Positions 61,660 through 64,000 of a stretch of 64,000 nucleotides of DNA are shown in pieces. Position 1 is the first letter of the stretch. Every line of letters begins with the position of its first letter. The notes under the pieces were generated by a model, which saw only the letters and a program-made list of their open reading frames with translations, had not been told where the DNA came from and made no database searches. This DNA is from Zootoca vivipara. Lineage: Eukaryota. Location: positions 25,978,001-26,042,000 of the forward strand of contig NC_083292.1 of assembly GCF_963506605.1 (NCBI RefSeq), given 5' to 3'. Both the position numbers and the translations under genes were made by a program.

Positions 61660-63037
61660 TTATTATTTATACCCTGCCCATCTGGCCGGGTTCCCCCAGC
61701 CACTCTGGGCGGCTTCCAACAAAATACTAAAATACAGAAATCCATCAAACATTAAAAGCTTCCCTAAACAGGGCTGCCTTAAGATGCCTTCTAAAGGTCT
61801 GGTAATTGTTATTCTCTTTGACCTCTGGTGGGGGCATTCCACAGAGTGGGCGCCACTACCGAGAAGGCCCTCTGCCTGGTTCCCTGTAACTTGGCTTCTC
61901 GTAGCGAGGGAACCGCCAGAAGGCCCTCGGCGCTGGATCTCAGTGTCCGGGCAGAACGATTGGGGGGAGGAGACGCTCCTTCAGTTATACTGGACCGAGG
62001 CCATACTGGACATACATTTAAAGCATTGTGATACCACTTTAAACAGTCATATCTTCCTCCAGTGAATCTTGGGAGCTATAGTATGTTGAGAGCAGATCCC
62101 TATTCCCCTTATGGTGCTACAGTTCCCAGAGTTCCCTGTGAGGAGGGGTTGATTGTTAAACCATTCTGGGAGCTGTAGCTCTGGGAGGGGAATTGCGATT
62201 GCCTAACAGCTCTTAGCACCTTTAGCAAACTATACTTCCTAGGATTCTTTGGGAGAAGAACGTGGTCTAATTTGAGTTTTATCTACAAGGGCAACACTGA
62301 AACAAAAGAGGAGGAAGCAGGTGCCCAGAGGCACCCACTGGGCTGCCTGTGAGAAAGAGGGCAGGTGGGTTTGGAGGAGCAGAGGTTGGTGAGTTTCCCT
62401 AATGGACCAGCCTCCACTGAATCCGTCCCTTGGGTACGTTCTTCAACAGCCAAGCCCGAGTATCTTCAGGGACCAGTTAATTTATAACTTTCTCCATTTC
62501 TTTTTAGAGGGAGGTATTCTAGCATCACGATTAGCTACCCAGGTATAAATTTCACCAAAAGGTTTTATTGAAGAGGGTCAGGTGATAAATCATTAGATTT
62601 AGATTAACTGGCATCACGGCAGAACCGGCAGAACACGGTTCCTCCCCACATCTGAGATGTTTGGCTCCTAGTACGTTTCCGAGCACAATTCAAAGTGTCG
62701 GTGCTGACCTTTAAAGCCCTAAAGGGCCTCGGCCCAGTATACCCAAAGGAGCATCTCCACCCACATCGCTGGACACTGAGGTCCAGCTCCGAGGGCCTTC
62801 TGGTGGTTCCCTCACTGCGAGAAGTGAAGTTACAGGGAACCAGGCAGAGGGCCTTCTCGGTAGTGGCACCTGCCCTGTGGAATGCCCTCCTATCTGATTA
62901 CAAGGAAATAAACAACTACTATCTGACTTTTAGAAGACACCTGAAGGGGAAATTTTTAGTGTCTGATGTTTTACCATTTTCTATGTGCTGTAAGTCGCCC
63001 AGAGTGGCTGGGGAAACCCAGCTAGATGGGCGGGGTA

Positions 63038-63086
<49 letters not shown>

Positions 63087-63354
63087 GAGACAAGCCTAGC
63101 CTTGTGCTTGTGAGGGAGCTGAGAATGAAGGATGTGGGAGCAGCCATACCAAAAACAGTGAGCTGGATGACCCCGATGTTGGGCGTGGCAGCGTCTGGAG
63201 GGTTCATCACGCTGCACTGGTACCTGCCACTGTCCGAGCTCCGTGTGTCGTTCAAGATGATGGTGGCACTCTTGGTGGGCGAGAAAGCAAAGCCCACCCG
63301 GCCTGTGTACTGGGAGATGCTCTCCACCACCTCACCTTGCTCATAGGCAAGGAC
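56637..63354 (-). CDS. IGSF11-like CTX-family Ig-superfamily membrane protein (V-C2-TM-tail); 5' exons lie beyond the window end
   Basis: complement(join(63150-63354, 60601-60756, 58753-58875, 57924-58080, 56637-56943)), all phases compatible; DSGRYQC and SGLYRC Ig motifs, extra C2 cysteine pair, TM segment LAVGISLVFTMGLVLMTLFALVLWL, ends GFLV*. Confidence 0.9.
57000..57135. mobile_element. 136-bp palindromic hAT MITE
   Basis: TSD gtctaggg. Confidence 0.88.
57478..57843 (+). mobile_element. L2-type LINE 3' end
   Basis: GTRQRAFSVVAPALWNALPPDVKE..FRGHLKAALF, typical of the L2 ORF2 end; (TTA)n tail. Confidence 0.8.
57924..58080 (-). CDS. IGSF11-like transmembrane exon
   Basis: SHGTTSLAVGISLVFTMGLVLMTLFALVLWLHHQSVEKQRELEQDNARKKHR. 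Confidence 0.88.
58753..58875 (-). CDS. IGSF11-like exon, second half of C2 domain
   Basis: DGKRALLTLQNLTTQASGLYRCTASNMLGSTSCVLELRVHV. Confidence 0.92.
59575..60135 (+). mobile_element. L1/Tx1-like 3' fragment containing an inserted L2 tail (about 59940-60072)
   Basis: DYAEMAKMAGRIRNRGDQNF matches the 15.4-16.0 kb family. Confidence 0.6.
60601..60756 (-). CDS. IGSF11-like exon, first half of C2 domain
   Basis: VPPSRPMCSSEGDSEEGGSLQFSCTVDEGMPTPTFTWEKIPPDAQPLMMSFE. Confidence 0.92.
61598..62000 (-). mobile_element. L2-type LINE 3' end with (TTA)n tail
   Basis: Same family, reverse orientation. Confidence 0.75.
62660..63086 (+). mobile_element. L2-type LINE 3' end with (TTA)n tail
   Basis: VLTFKALKGLGPVY...RAFSVVAPALWNAL. 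Confidence 0.8.
63150..63354 (-). CDS. IGSF11-like exon, second half of V domain
   Basis: VLAYEQGEVVESISQYTGRVGFAFSPTKSATIILNDTRSSDSGRYQCSVMNPPDAATPNIGVIQLTVF. Confidence 0.92.
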
Positions 63355-64000
63355 CTGCAGAGCAGAGGAATGGTCAAGTGAGATGACGGTCCAAGGATGC
63401 TCAAAGCGAGAGATGACAGTGAAGTTAAGAGGACACTACATTGAGGCAGTTTCAAGGTGGGCAGGTGAGTGAAAGTCTAGACTCTCTGTTTGGTTGTGCT
63501 GGGCCTTGGCTTTCTTGGGCACCTGTTACAGGACTTAAACTACCTTTTGTTTAGGATGTTGCTTGTCAATGGATTGCCTGGGTCAGGAATATCCCAGACC
63601 CTGAGATTTTATGGCCCAAACCTGAGAGCTAGAGTGGCCCCTGGTGATTCTGCACTCCCTCCCACCAGTGAACCCTGGAGACGGAGGTTAATTGGGAGAG
63701 GCGAGGAGGGAAGACCGTGGAGAGCCCGTGCTATAATTTTCAGCTGGCTCCTACCAAGCTGAAGCTTGCAAACTGCATGCATAATAAAAGTTTTTTTTTT
63801 AAAGGCACTGTTGCCCACCTGGAGATTCAAGCCGTCCCACCTGAAGGGGGCTAGGCAAACCTGGAGATTTCAGGTCAGGTCTGGCAACCCTACCAAGGCT
63901 GATTGGCAGATCTTTCATCAAAGGGGACCTAATGGTTAGGAAACAGTTGGCAATTTCTCTGGAGAGTGATTTGAATGTCTCAGGTTGGAAGAGGCAGTTT

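Noticed and set aside
62695-63149. Poly-Tyr, -Asn, -Ile and -Leu ORFs (also near 16533, 22392, 59638 and 61554)
   Set aside because: Translations of (AAT)n tails of L2 elements.
56637-63354. Calling the Ig gene F11R (JAM-A) or VSIG8 from synteny
   Set aside because: It is on the opposite strand to USF1, has the CTX-type extra C2 cysteine pair and IGSF11-like motifs, and does not resemble the JAM-A or VSIG8 sequences I remember; symbol left blank.

Overview
Vertebrate genomic DNA, most likely from a squamate and probably a lacertid lizard (inferred from Sauria-type SINEs, BovB, and L2 3' ends with (TTA)n tails). It contains four spliced protein-coding genes. (1) The last two coding exons of NECTIN4 (+, ending ...INGRGHLV*). 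(2) A complete 12-exon ARHGAP30 (+, 12137/12149-35362, about 1339-1343 aa). (3) A complete USF1 (+, CpG-island promoter about 39.1-39.9 kb, 10 coding exons 43808-54189, 311 aa). (4) Converging on USF1 from the minus strand, the 3' five exons of a CTX-family Ig-superfamily gene most like IGSF11, not F11R. All exon phases were checked by hand and join in frame. The rest is a dense transposable-element landscape: BovB, CR1, L2, L1-like and Penelope-like retroelements, SINEs, and hAT, Tc1-mariner and Harbinger-like MITEs, many with visible target-site duplications (TSDs). The main leads are: the IGSF11-like gene as a possible paralogon ohnologue absent from the mammalian locus; a Penelope-derived minimal hammerhead motif in sense orientation in USF1 intron 1; an internally deleted BovB with a perfect fold-back junction; an RxxS-repeat expansion in the nectin-4 tail; a phased YY1/ETS array in the USF1 promoter; and two uORFs in the USF1 leader. 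Homology calls rest on remembered sequences, not database searches.
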